DNA from: Dendrobates tinctorius
Taxonomy: Eukaryota
DNA length: 64,000 nt
Reading direction: 5' to 3'
Assembly: GCF_039654945.1 (NCBI RefSeq)
Contig: NW_027361681.1
Span: 3,968,001 to 4,032,000 of the forward strand
Shown here in pieces: positions 1-13,200 of this stretch. The position numbers and the translations under genes are program-made. Under the pieces are notes generated by a model that was not told the origin of the DNA, searched no databases, and saw only the letters and a list, made by a program, of their open reading frames with translations. Numbering within the stretch: position 1 is the stretch's first letter; every line of letters starts with the position of its first letter.

Positions 1-3000
1 CTCCACATCCAGTCCATGCACCACCATGATTCTCCAAATCCAGCCCGTGTACCACTATGATTCTCCACATCCAGCCGTGCAGCACCATGATTCTCCATCT
101 CCAACCATGCATCACTGTGATTCTCCACCTTCAGTCGAGCACCAACGTAATTCCCCACATCCAGCCGTGCACCACTGTGATTTCCCACATCCAGCCGTGC
201 ACCACTGTGATTTCCCACATCCAGCCGTGCATCACCGTGATTCTCCACATCCAGCCGTGCACCACTGTGATTCTCCACATCCAACTGTGCACCACATGAT
301 TCCCCACATCCAGCTGTGCACCACTGTGATTCTCCACATCCAACTGTGCACCACATGATTCCCCACATCCAGCTGTGCACCACTGTGATTCTCCACATCC
401 AACTGTGCACCACATGATTCCCCACATCCAGCCGTGCACCACTGTGATTCTCCACATCCAACTGTGCACCACTGTGATTCTCCACATCCAACTGTGCACC
501 ACCATGATTCTCCACATCCAACTGTGCACCACCGTGATTCTCCACATCCAGCTGTGCACCACTGTGATTTCCCACATCCAACTGTGCACCACATGATTCC
601 CCACATCCAGCTGTGCACCACTGTGATTCTCCACATCCAACTGTGCACCACATGATTCCCCACATCCAGCCGTGCACCACTGTGATTCTCCACATCCAAC
701 TGTGCACCACTGTGATTCTCCACATCCAACTGTGCACCACCATGATTCTCCACATCCAACTATGCACCACCGTGATTCTCCACATCCAGCTGTGCACCAC
801 TGTGATTTCCCACATCCAGCCGTGCACCACTGTGATTCCCCACATCCAGCCGTGCATCACCGTGATTCTCCACATCCAGCCGTGCACCACTGTGATTCTC
901 CACATCCAACTGTGCACCACATGATTCCCCACATCCAGCTGTGCACCACTGTGATTCTCCACATCCAACTGTGCACCACATGATTCCCCACATCCAGCTG
1001 TGCACCACTGTGATTCTCCACATCCAACTGTGCACCACATGATTCCCCACATCCAGCCGTGCACCACTGTGATTCTCCACATCCAACTGTGCACCACTGT
1101 GATTCTCCACATCCAACTGTGCACCACCATGATTCTCCACATCCAACTGTGCACCACCGTGATTCTCCACATCCAGCTGTGCACCACTGTGATTTCCCAC
1201 ATCCAACTGTGCACCACATGATTCCCCACATCCAGCTGTGCACCACTGTGATTCTCCACATCCAACTGTGCACCACATGATTCCCCACATCCAGCCGTGC
1301 ATCACTGTGATTCTCCACATCCAACTGTGCACCACTGTGATTCTCCACATCCAACTGTGCACCACCATGATTCTCCACATCCAACTGTGCACCACCGTGA
1401 TTCTCCACATCCAGCTGTGCACCACTGTGATTTCCCACATCCAGCCGTGCACCACTGTGATTTCCCACATCCAGCCATGCATCACCGTGATTCTCCACAT
1501 CCAGCCGTGCACCACCATGATTCTCCACATCCAACTGTGCACCACCGTGATTCTCCACATCCAACTGTGCACCACTGTGATTCTCCACATCCAACTGTGC
1601 ACCACATGATTCTCCACATCCAACTGTGCACCACCGTGATTCTCCACATCCAGCTGTGCACCACTGTGATTTCCCACATCCAGCCGTGCACCACTGTGAT
1701 TTTCCACATCCAGCCGTGCATCACCGTGATTCTCCACATCCAGCCGTGCACCACTGTGATTCTCCACATCCAGCCATGCATCACCGTGATTCTCCACATC
1801 CAGCCGTGCACCACTGTGATTCTCCACATCCAACTGTGCACCACATGATTCCCCACATCCAGCTGTGCACCACTGTGATTCTCCACATCCAACTGTGCAC
1901 CACATGATTCCCCACATCCAGCCATGCACCACTGTGATTCTCCACATCCAACTGTGCACCACTGTGATTCTCCACATCCAACTGTGCACCACCATGATTC
2001 TCCACATCCAACTGTGCACCACCATGATTCTCCACATCCAGCCGTGCACCACTGTGATTTCCCACATCCAGCCGTGCACCACTGTGATTCTCCACATCCA
2101 ACTGTGCACCACATGATTCCCCACATCCAGCTGTGCACCACTGTGATTCTCCACATCCAACTGTGCACCACATGATTCCCCACATCCAGCCGTGCACCAC
2201 CATGATTCTCCACATCCAACTGTGCACCACCGTGATTCTCCACATCCAGCTGTGCACCACTGTGATTTCCCACATCCAACTGTGCACCACATGATTCCCC
2301 ACATCCAGCTGTGCACCACTGTGATTCTCCACATCCAACTGTGCACCACATGATTCCCCACATCCAGCCGTGCACCACTGTGATTCTCCACATCCAACTG
2401 TGCACCACTGTGATTCTCCACATCCAACTGTGCACCACCGTGATTCTCCACATCCAACTGTGCACCACCGTGATTCTCCACATCCAGCTGTGCACCACTG
2501 TGATTTCCCACATCCAGCCGTGCACCACTGTGATTTCCCACATCCAGCCGTGCATCACCGTGATTCTCCACATCCAGCCGTGCACCACCATGATTCTCCA
2601 CATCCAACTGTGCACCACCGTGATTCTCCACATCCAACTGTGCACCACTGTGATTCTCCACATCCAACTGTGCACCACATGATTCTCCACATCCAACTGT
2701 GCACCACCGTGATTCTCCACATCCAGCTGTGCACCACTGTGATTTCCCACATCCAGCCGTGCACCACTGTGATTTCCCACATCCAGCCGTGCATCACCGT
2801 GATTCTCCACATCCAGCCGTGCACCACTGTGATTCTCCACATCCAGCCATGCATCACCGTGATTCTCCACATCCAGCTGTGCACCACTGTGATTCTCCAC
2901 ATCCAACTGTGCACCACATGATTCCCCACATCCAGCTGTGCACCACTGTGATTCTCCACATCCAACTGTGCACCACATGATTCCCCACATCCAGCCGTGC

Positions 3001-4150
3001 ACCATTGTGATTCTCCACATCCAACTGTGCACCACTGTGATTCTCCACATCCAACTGTGCACCACCATGATTCTCCACATCCAACTGTGCACCACCATGA
3101 TTCTCCACATCCAGCCGTGCACCACTGTGATTTCCCACATCCAGCCGTGCACCACTGTGATTCTCCACATCCAACTGTGCACCACATGATTCCCCACATC
3201 CAGCTGTGCACCACTGTGATTCTCCACATCCAACTGTGCACTACATGATTCCCCACATCCAGCCGTGCACCACTGTGATTCTCCACATCCAACTGTGCAC
3301 CACTGTGATTCTCCACATCCAACTGTGCACCACCATGATTCTCCACATCCAACTGTGCACCACCGTGATTCTCCACATCCAGCCGTGCACCACTGTGATT
3401 TCCCACATCCAGCCGTGCACCACTGTGATTTCCCACATCCAGCCGTGCATCACCGTGATTCTCCACATCCAGCCGTGCACCACCATGATTCTCCACATCC
3501 AACTGTGCACCACCGTGATTCTCCACATCCAACTGTGCACCACTGTGATTCTCCACATCCAACTGTGCACCACATGATTCTCCACATCCAACTGTGCACC
3601 ACCGTGATTCTCCACATCCAGCTGTGCACCACTGTGATTTCCCACATCCAGCCGTGCACCACTGTGATTTCCCACATCCAGCCGTGCATCACCGTGATTC
3701 TCCACATCCAGCCGTGCACCACTGTGATTCTCCACATCCAGCCGTGCATCACCGTGATTCTCCACATCCAGCCGTGCATCACCGTGATTCTCCACATCCA
3801 GCCGTGCACCACATGATTCCCCACATCCAACTGTGCACCACTGTGATTCTCCACATCCAGCTGTGCACAACCGTGATTCTCCACATCCAACTGTGCACCA
3901 CCGTGATTCTCCACATCCAACTGTGCACCACCGTGATTCCCCACATCCAGCGTGCACCACTATGATTCCCCACATCCAGCGTGCACCACTGTGATTCCCC
4001 ACATCTAGCGTGCACCACTGTGATTCCCCACATCCAGCGTGCACCACTATGATTCCCCACATCCAGCGTGCACCACTGTGATTCCCCACATCCAGCGTGC
4101 ACCACTGTGATTCCCCACATCCAGCGTGCACCACTGTGATTTACCACATT
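1..4150. repeat. Minisatellite, 30/29-bp unit (tgattctccacatccaactgtgcaccactg), in an LRSAM1 intron; continues past the left edge
   Basis: Direct tandem periodicity. Identical ORF translations recur at offsets of 625, 895 and 1073 bp. Confidence 0.97.
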
Positions 4151-4236
4151 CAGCTGTGCGCTAGCGTAACTCTCCATAATTTGAATGTAATATTACATTT
4201 CTCCTGTAGAGGGCATTGCAGTTAGTTAACACTTAC

Positions 4237-7200
4237 CTGTGATTCTCCTCCAGCAGATTAGAGATCCGGTAAGAGATCCCCTCTTCCATCTGTCTGAGTT
4301 GTTCCTGCAGCTTCTGTCGGTCACTTTGCAGCTGCCGCTGATGCTCTGTCAGTCCTTTCTCCAATCGCGTTTGTTCCTGAGCAAACAGAGATGCAGACCT
4401 CAGTATATCTACCTGGCATTGTGGCTCACCAGCCTCACCCAGATCTGGGGCACTGGGCACTCACCTCCCTCACAGTCTGTAATATCTCATTTTTCTGAGA
4501 GTTGCTCTGTAGGAGAAGCTGTGCATGCTCTCTCTGCCCCAGGTCCAGGCGACGCTCAAAATCCAATTTTTCTAACATTTTCTGTTCCTGAAAATAACAC
4601 AGAACATGTTCGACAGATGAGATGAACAGAGGTGACCGACACCATATACAACGTAGTAAGAAATCAATGGTCTACAATGTGTTCAGGACCGGGCTTATGT
4701 GGACTGTACTTGGTTCTGGACCGATAGAGGCCAGGTGCCATGAGCTGTTGTTAAACCAGTGCCCTGGAAAACCAGTAAAATCAGGAGCGAAGAGAGGAAG
4801 TAAATACCTGTTCATTTGGTGTAAGATCTGAATAAAGTTAGGAGTCAGCTGTGGGGGTCTAAAAAAACTAGAGGTCTGGTCTAGGGTCTGAATTTATATA
4901 GTCTGAAATAGTTATGGGGTTTGGTGTATGAATCTATTTAGGGGTCTAGTCTGATTTAAATAAAGGGTTTGGAGTCTGAATTAATTTTGCTAAACGGGGT
5001 CCGTAGTTATTTTGTTATTTGAGGTAAAAATTAATAGTAATGTTTTTGAAGTCTTGGGTCTGAATTAATTTTGGGGTCCGGTATTTGTTTTGGATGTGAC
5101 TTGTGTATTTCAGAATCAGTAGTTCAGTTTCTCCAGCCTAAGGGTCTGGGGACACCTGAGATTAGTGTTAGTACCATATATTTCAATGACCAAGGGTTTA
5201 GGCTATGGACTGTAAAATAGACCTAGTNNNNNNNNNNNNNNNNNNNNNNNNNNNNNNNNNNNNNNNNNNNNNNNNNNNNNNNNNNNNNNNNNNNNNNNNN
5301 NNNNNNNNNNNNNNNNNNNNNNNNNNNNNNNNNNNNNNNNNNNNNNNNNNNNNNNNNNNNTTGTACCAGTGCAGGACTCACCTTTCTCTTCTCATATTCG
5401 GAAAATTTGTTCTGCAAGACAAATATGACCAAATTATAACAAACTTTATTCCTTCATATGTCCCACTTATGTGATCACCTAAAACAAGCAGCAAATGCAA
5501 GCTTGAAAGCAATAATGTTTGCATCCACCACCAGCAAGCAGTGATCTTCTCCTTTGTGCATTCAAGGTATCCAAGTACAATAGCCAGCACTGGTAGGCGC
5601 ATTCACATTTGCATTCTCTCCCAGCATTAGGGAAATGATATAAGTGCAATTCCCCATTTTACCCTTGACAGCTCGTCACTGTGATGGCTGTACCCCGAAT
5701 CCCTGCAGAATTCTGACCTGCCACTCAGTTTCCTCCTTCAAAGACATTAGGAGAGCAGCATCTACAGTGTCGGCGGCTGCATCGCAAGTGTCGTTCTCCA
5801 GGACAGGCAGCAAGTACTGAGACGGTGGGCAATAGTCAATGCCGAGCTCTGCACGCGGGAGGAAGAAATCTGAGTATGATGCATAACTATTACACACATT
5901 ATATTTCTGCAAGCCCAAATAACCAAGCGGATCTCACCAATATGGATAGCTACCTTTGCATAGAAACTGCTGGATTGCCTCTGTGCCCTCGCTGCAAACC
6001 GTAACTGGAGGTAAGACCATCCCTGAAGCATCAAGAGTAAGGGTCTACAAGAAAGTGTGAGTGGCCATTACTGCAGTACTACTCACCAAGTATGAAACAG
6101 TAATATGGGCAGCAAACAGATATGGGAAGAATATTGTAATTAAACAAGGAAATTAATAATAAAAAGTGTTGTCATTATCTCCTTACATCTTATGAGTTCC
6201 TATGAAAGCTGGGTGACAACCATTACAGCTCCCAGTGTCATTTACCAGCTCTGCCAGACTCCTTACAGTGAATGTCCACTAGGGGGAGATCACTGCATAC
6301 ATTTATACATGACACTCTATAGTAAAATAAGCAGTGTGCTCCCTCTAGTGGTAGCTGCACATAATAGCAATCTTCTTTTTTAAAGGGAATCTGTCAGAAG
6401 GTTTTTGTTACGTATATTTTGCTATGTAACTTGAGGATTGCATGGGGTAGGGGTTAAAACACCGAACTCAAGGATGTGTAACATGTTTACTTAGACTGAA
6501 GGCTTTATTCACCTTGTGATTATTTGATTTTTGGAGTTTTTTCGCTTTTGTTTTTTCCTCCTGTTCGTCCAAGAGTCAAATTTTTTATTTTTCCATCTCC
6601 ATAAGCAAATTTTTTTTTTTTTTTTTTGCAGGTCGACTTGTAGTTATGAATGACACAATTCACTTTACAATAAAATTAAAGGAGTTGTCCACTACAAGGT
6701 CAACAACTTCTTGATCTAAATATTTGGCCCCAATAAAAAAAAGCCTATACTCACCTCCAGTGCCGGCACCGTTCCTGCTTTGTCGCCACTCATGGTCCTG
6801 GGACTCCCGTGCGGCTGTTAGGACATGTGACCCCAGTGCCCAATCAGCGCCGGCGTCACTGTCCCTGTCTTCAGACAAATCGAACATCAAGAGAAAGTGA
6901 GAAATCCGCCGCAGCCCGGACTTCCTGCTGATGTTCATTGTACCTGAAGGCGCGGACAGTGACGCCGGGTACCACGTGTCATAAAAACCGCACGAAAGCC
7001 CCAGGACTGTGAGTGTCGACACAGCGGGTACAGCTCCGACACAGGAGGGGAGTATAGGCTTTTTTACTGCATTGGGGCCAAACGTGCAGACCACACCAGC
7101 ATTTTTTTTATTGCACCTCTGGAGTGCTGCTTTGAATGCAATTCACCTGCCCTCTGTTTATTACTCACCTGCTGCTGCCTTCATCCTTTTCCAGCGTTGC

Positions 7201-10200
7201 TCCAGTCAGTCTCCGGAGAAAAGTGACCTGCCGGCAGCACCAGTGTTTGATGACGCACGCTGGAGATGCCTTTTCAATACAAGTCTAGGAGAGCCTCATA
7301 CTGGCTCTCACAGAGTTGCATTGAGCTCTTATGTTGTAACTTCTGACTTCCGGACAGTCAGAAATTATGAGCACAAGATGATGCCGTGGGACCATACTGG
7401 CATTGGTAAAAGGTAAAGCCTCCGGAAGGTGAATATAAGAACAAGGGCCACAGGGCTTACATTTAAAGCCCCACTCCAGCGCTGAAAACAAAACGCTCGA
7501 GTTGTCCTTTTTGAAAGAAAAAAAAAAGGGAAGAAAATTAAAAAAAAAAAAAAAAAAGATTGTGTTACCATTTCCTGAGACCCCTAAATTTTGCCATTAC
7601 TGGAGTTGTATGAGGGCTTTTTTTGTGTGCAGACCTGTAGATTGTATTGGCACCATTTTGGGCTGCAAATTATGTTTTGATTGCTTATTATTTAATTAAT
7701 ATAGTGGCCGTAATATTTTAGCCTTGGATTATTTTACTTTGTTTCTCTCTGAAATATGGTGTGTTTTTGTTCCCAGTTTTTAAAACTACTTTTGACTTCC
7801 CTTTTTCTTTTTTAAGCCTTCCTAGGGAAATTGAACCTGTGATTGTTTGATCACTTCTTCTACAGTATTGCAATTTATAGAGAAAGTCATGATCTCCTGT
7901 GAATCCCTGCCCATGGCTTCACAGGAGTACAAAGATGGAGTAATTCAGCTGAACAGACGCCCTACAGCTGGTTGGGCTGTCACAGGGTGGCAGCCATGGG
8001 GAGGAATGGACGCCCCTCCAGAACGGATAGTTGTACTACATACTGGTTCTATCAATTACCTCTAATGTGCGGACGTTGGCCAGAGCCGGAGGAAGCTCAC
8101 TGAGTCTATTTTCGCTGATGTTCAACGTACGCAGGCAGCGCAGACCACCAACGCTTGGGGGAAGCAGCTTCAGCTTATTTCCTGAAGGATATGTACAGAA
8201 TAATTAGTAAGTGATTGCGGGACCCAGAGCCAGCCTCCGATGACGCTTATCCTGGGAGAATTTGACAAATAGCCATTATATTATGTAAAACGTCAGCAAC
8301 TTTCTCTTCATTTCAAATGCTTGAGTCCTCACCGTTTTTAAGATCTCTGCTTGCTGTTAGTGACAGGATACAATCTGGCTCACATCCAAAGGCTGTACAC
8401 AAGGTTCAGGGCTGAGTAAAGATCTTAAAGATCTTGGGTTTTTGGGTCACTGAACTGGAAATAAAAAAGGCTTCCATCCACTGACAGCAAGCAGAAATTT
8501 TGGAAATTGGCGAGATTTTAGAACAGAAGATAAAAAGGAAAGCTCCAGAAGTTTTTGCTGTGTGATGGTCACTATATTGGGCGCTCACCTTTCACATTCA
8601 GGGTCTGGAGTTGGACTAAATTTCCTATGGAGTCTGGGAGAGAACGCAAGACGTTTCGCTCCACGTTCAGAACCTAGGGATGAAAAACAAAGACAGACTC
8701 ATTCTTACTCATTTTGGTCATTAAACTGGCTGCTGAAATAAAGGATTTTCACAGCACTTGGGGCAGAATTTCCAAATAATTGTTACTGCAACAAGGTCTG
8801 CTCCACCTGTGCCGGGTCCATTCCAACCCCCCATTTAAAATCACTTCTTGGTCCCCAATTGTCCTCTCCCTTTACCCGCAAGGACTTGAGCTGTCCTATG
8901 TCTACAGGAATTGATGTGATTTGATTATCATGGAGATCCAGAACCTACAAAAAAAAAAAAAAAAAGTTTGGGAACAATCAGATCTGGAGATGAGGAACCG
9001 CAACGGATACCAGAAATTATTACCTTTAAAGTGGCTAAATCTAAAATCTGGATGGACTTGGGGACCAGCTGCGATAAAAAATTACTATGAAGAATCAACA
9101 CCTGGAAAGAAAAAAAATCGTTAGGATTAATAATCCTGACATACTCTGTGCTGGGTGAATAAATTAATGCTATCGTTAAATGTTCTCTGATAGCTTTGGA
9201 TGCTGAGTCTGAGTCACTGCCTGATAGGAGAGAAGCATACTTATGTACTGAAATACTCTGTGCTGCTCAGCCCCTGCTCCATCCATTTCCAGCCTGCAAA
9301 TTCCCCCTTACATCCTGCCATGGACCACGCAGCACATGAGGGTCCAGATAGCAGCTTCTCTATAAGATCACTGTCCTGAAATACTCTGTGCTGCTAGGAT
9401 AAATTAATCGTATCACTAAATGTTCTCCGATAGTTTTGGGTGTTGATTCCCAGTTAGTGCCTGATAGGAAATCAGCATACTCCACTCCTAAAACACTCTG
9501 TGCTGCTGTGGGCCTTGAATCATTCACTCCCAGTCTGCGAGACCCCGTTTACATCCTGAAACGGACCATATAGCACATGAGATAAAAGCCCCCCAAAAAT
9601 ACAATTATCCTGAAATAATCTGTGCTGCTGGTATAGAAATGCCTTCTATTGTAATCCTGCATCCTCCTTCCTTTCCCCATACTTCAGTAGCACAGTCCAG
9701 GGGCACCAGACTCCATTACCCACCTTCTTTTGCAGGACCCGACAGGTGGAGAAAGCAGCATCAGGGACCTGAAATCCAGAAAGAGCAAGAGGATGGGGGT
9801 GATGACCATTTACAGGAGGTAACACGAAGGATGGATGGATAGATATTATACAGGCAGATCATGGTGTTACCTCTGACAGTTCACATTTGGAGAGGTCCAG
9901 GATTTCATCAGCACCGGCTTCCTTCGCCTGAATATAGACAGATAAACTCATTTTGATTCCAGGAGCTCAAAAATAATAATAATCTTTATTTTTATATTGC
10001 GCTAACATATTCCGCAGCGCTTTACAGAACCAAGAGGAAACCCACGCAAATACGGGGAGAACATACAGACTTCTTGTAGATTTTGTCCTTGGAGGGATTT
10101 GAACCCAGGACTCCAGGCGCTGCAAGGCTGCACTGCTATCGACTGAGCCACTGTGCTGCCCATAAATAAAAACATACTGATGCAGCAGAGCCAAGTTTTA

Positions 10201-13200
10201 TAACTTTATAAGTACGACTATTTATAAGAAATTATTATGATTATATCTATATATATATATATATATATATATAAAGCTGAGTGTAGAGCCCCACCCACTC
10301 CGCATAGCCACATTCACTATAATATCCCACATCATCCCGTCAGCCAGTGCTACCGGACTACTACCCCTAATATCCCACATCATCCCATCAGCCAGAGCTA
10401 CCCCTAATATCCCACAGCATCCCGTCAGCCAGAGTCACCAGACTACTACCCCTAATATCCCACATCCTCCCGTCAGCCAGAGCCACCGGACTACTACCCC
10501 TAATATCCCACATCATCCCGTCACAGCCGCCGGACTACTACCCCTAATATCCCACATCATCCCGTCAGCCAGAGTCACCGGACTACTACCCCTAATATCC
10601 CACATCATCCCGTCAGCCAGAGCCACCGGACAACTACCCCTAATATCCCACATCGTCCCGTCAGCCAGAGCCACGGGACTACTACCCCTAATATCCCACA
10701 TCATCCCGTCTGCCACTGCAACCGGACTACTACCCCTAATATCCCACATCATCCCGTCAGCCAGAGCCACCGGACTACTACCCCTAATATCCCACATCAT
10801 CCCGTCACAGCGGCCGGACTACTACCCCTAAGATCCCACATCATCCCGTCAGCCAGAGCCACCGGACTACTACCCCTAATATCCCACATCATCCCGTCAC
10901 AGCCGCCGGACTACTACCCCTAATATCCCACATCATCCCGTCAGCCAGAGCTACCGGACTACTACCCCTAATATCCCACATCATCCCGTCAGCCAGAACC
11001 ACCGGACTACTACCCCTAATATCCCACATCATCCCGTCTGCCACTGCAACCGGACTACTACCCCTAATATCCCACATCATCCCATCAGCCATAGCCACCG
11101 GACTACTACCCCTAATATCCCACATCCTCCCGTCAGCCAGAACCACCGGACAACTACCACTAATATCCCACATCATCCTGTCAGTGCTGCCGGACTACTA
11201 CTCCTAATATCCCACATCATCCCGTCAACCAGAGCCACCGGACTACTACCCCTAATATCCCACATCATCCTGTCAGTGCTGCCGGACTACCACCCCTAAT
11301 ATCCCACATCATCCCGTCAGCCAGAGCCACTGGACTACTACCCCTAATATCCCACATCATCCCGTCACAGCCGCCGGACTACTACCCCTAATATCCCACA
11401 TCATCCCGTCAGCCAGAGCCACCGAACTACTACCCCTAATATCCCACATCATCCCGTCAGCCAGAGCCACTGGACTACTACCCCTAATATCCCACATCAT
11501 CCCATCACAGCCGCCGGACTACTACCCCTAATATCCCACATCATCCTGTCAGCCAGAGCCATCGAACTACTACCCCTAATATCCCACATCATCCCGTCAG
11601 CCAGAGCCACCGGACTATTTCCCCTAATATCCCACATCGTCCCGTCAGCCAGAGCCACTGGACTACTACCCCTAATATCCCACATCATCCCATCAGCCAA
11701 AGCCACTGGACTACTACCCCTAATATCCCACATCGTCCCATCAGCCAGAGCCACTGGACTACTACCCCTAATATCCCACATCATCCCGTCAGCCAGAGCC
11801 ACCGGACTACTACCCCTAATATCCCACATCATCCCGTCAGCCAGAGCCACCGGACTACTGCCCCTAATATCCCACATCTTCCCATCAGCCAGAACCACCG
11901 GACAACTACCACTAATATCCCACATCATCCTGTCAGTGCTGCCGGACTACTACCCCTACTATCCCACATCGTCCTATCAGCCAGAGCCACTGGACTACTA
12001 CCCCTATTATCCCACATCATCCCATCAGCCAGAGCCACTAGACTACCCCCCCTAATATCCCACATCATCCCGTCAGCCAGAGTCACCAGACTACTACCCC
12101 TAATATCCCACATCATTCCGTCAGCCAGAGTCACCGGACTACTGCCTCTAATATCCCACATCATCCCGTCAGCCAGAGTCACCAGACTACTACCCCTAAT
12201 ATCCCACATCATCCCGTCAGCCAGAGCCACCGGACTACTGCCCCTAATATCCCACATCCTCCCGTCAGCCAGAACCACCGGACTACTACCACTAATATCC
12301 CACATCATCCTGTCAGTGCTGCCGGACTACTACAGCTAATATCCCACATCATCCCGTCAGCCAGTGCCCACCGGACTACTAATATCCCACATCATCCCAT
12401 CAGCCAGAACCACCGGACAACTACCACTAATATCCCACATCATCCTGTCAGTGCTGCCGGACTACTACCCCTACTATCCCACATCGTCCCATCAGCCAGA
12501 GCCACTGGACTACTACCCCTAATATCCCACATCATCCCATCAGCCAGAGTCACCGGACTACTACCCCTAATATCCCACATCATCCCATCAGCCAGAGCCA
12601 CCGGACTACTGCCCCTAATATCCCACATTCTCCCGTCAGCCAGAACCACCGGAAAACTACCACTAATATCCCACATCATCCTGTCAGTGCTGCCGGACTA
12701 CTACACCTAATATCCCACATCATCCCGTCAGCCAGAGCCACCGGACTACTAATATCCCACATCCTCCCGTCAGTCAGAACCATCGGACAACAACCACTAA
12801 TATCCCACATCATCCTGTCAGTGCTGCCGGACTACTACCCCTAATATCCCACATCCTCCCATCAGCCAGAGCCACCGGACTACTACTCCTAATATCCCAC
12901 ATCATCCCGTCAGCCAGAGCCACCGGACTACTGCCCCTAATATCCCACATCACCCGTCAGCCAGAGTCACCAGACTACTACCCCAAATATCCCACATCAT
13001 CCCGTCAGCCAGAGCCACCGGACTACTGCCCCTAATATCCCACATCCTCCCATCAGCCAGAACCACCGGACAACTACCAGTAATATCCCACATCATCCTG
13101 TCAGTGCTGCCGGACTACTACACCTAATATCCCACATCATCCCGTCAGCCAGAGCCACCGGACTACTACCCCTAATATCCCACATCATCCTGTCAGTGCT

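Noticed and set aside
1-4177. Long His/Pro-rich and WMW-rich ORFs up to 635 aa
   Set aside because: They are translations of a 30-bp intronic minisatellite, open in multiple frames on both strands.
4237-4256. LRSAM1 exon end ctgtgattctcc resembles the neighbouring 30-bp repeat unit
   Set aside because: Only 12 nt match, and it is separated from the array by unique sequence; an origin from the exon cannot be supported.
5228-5360. An LRSAM1 exon hidden in the gap
   Set aside because: The flanking 30-nt and 123-nt exons join in frame and match the expected protein continuously.
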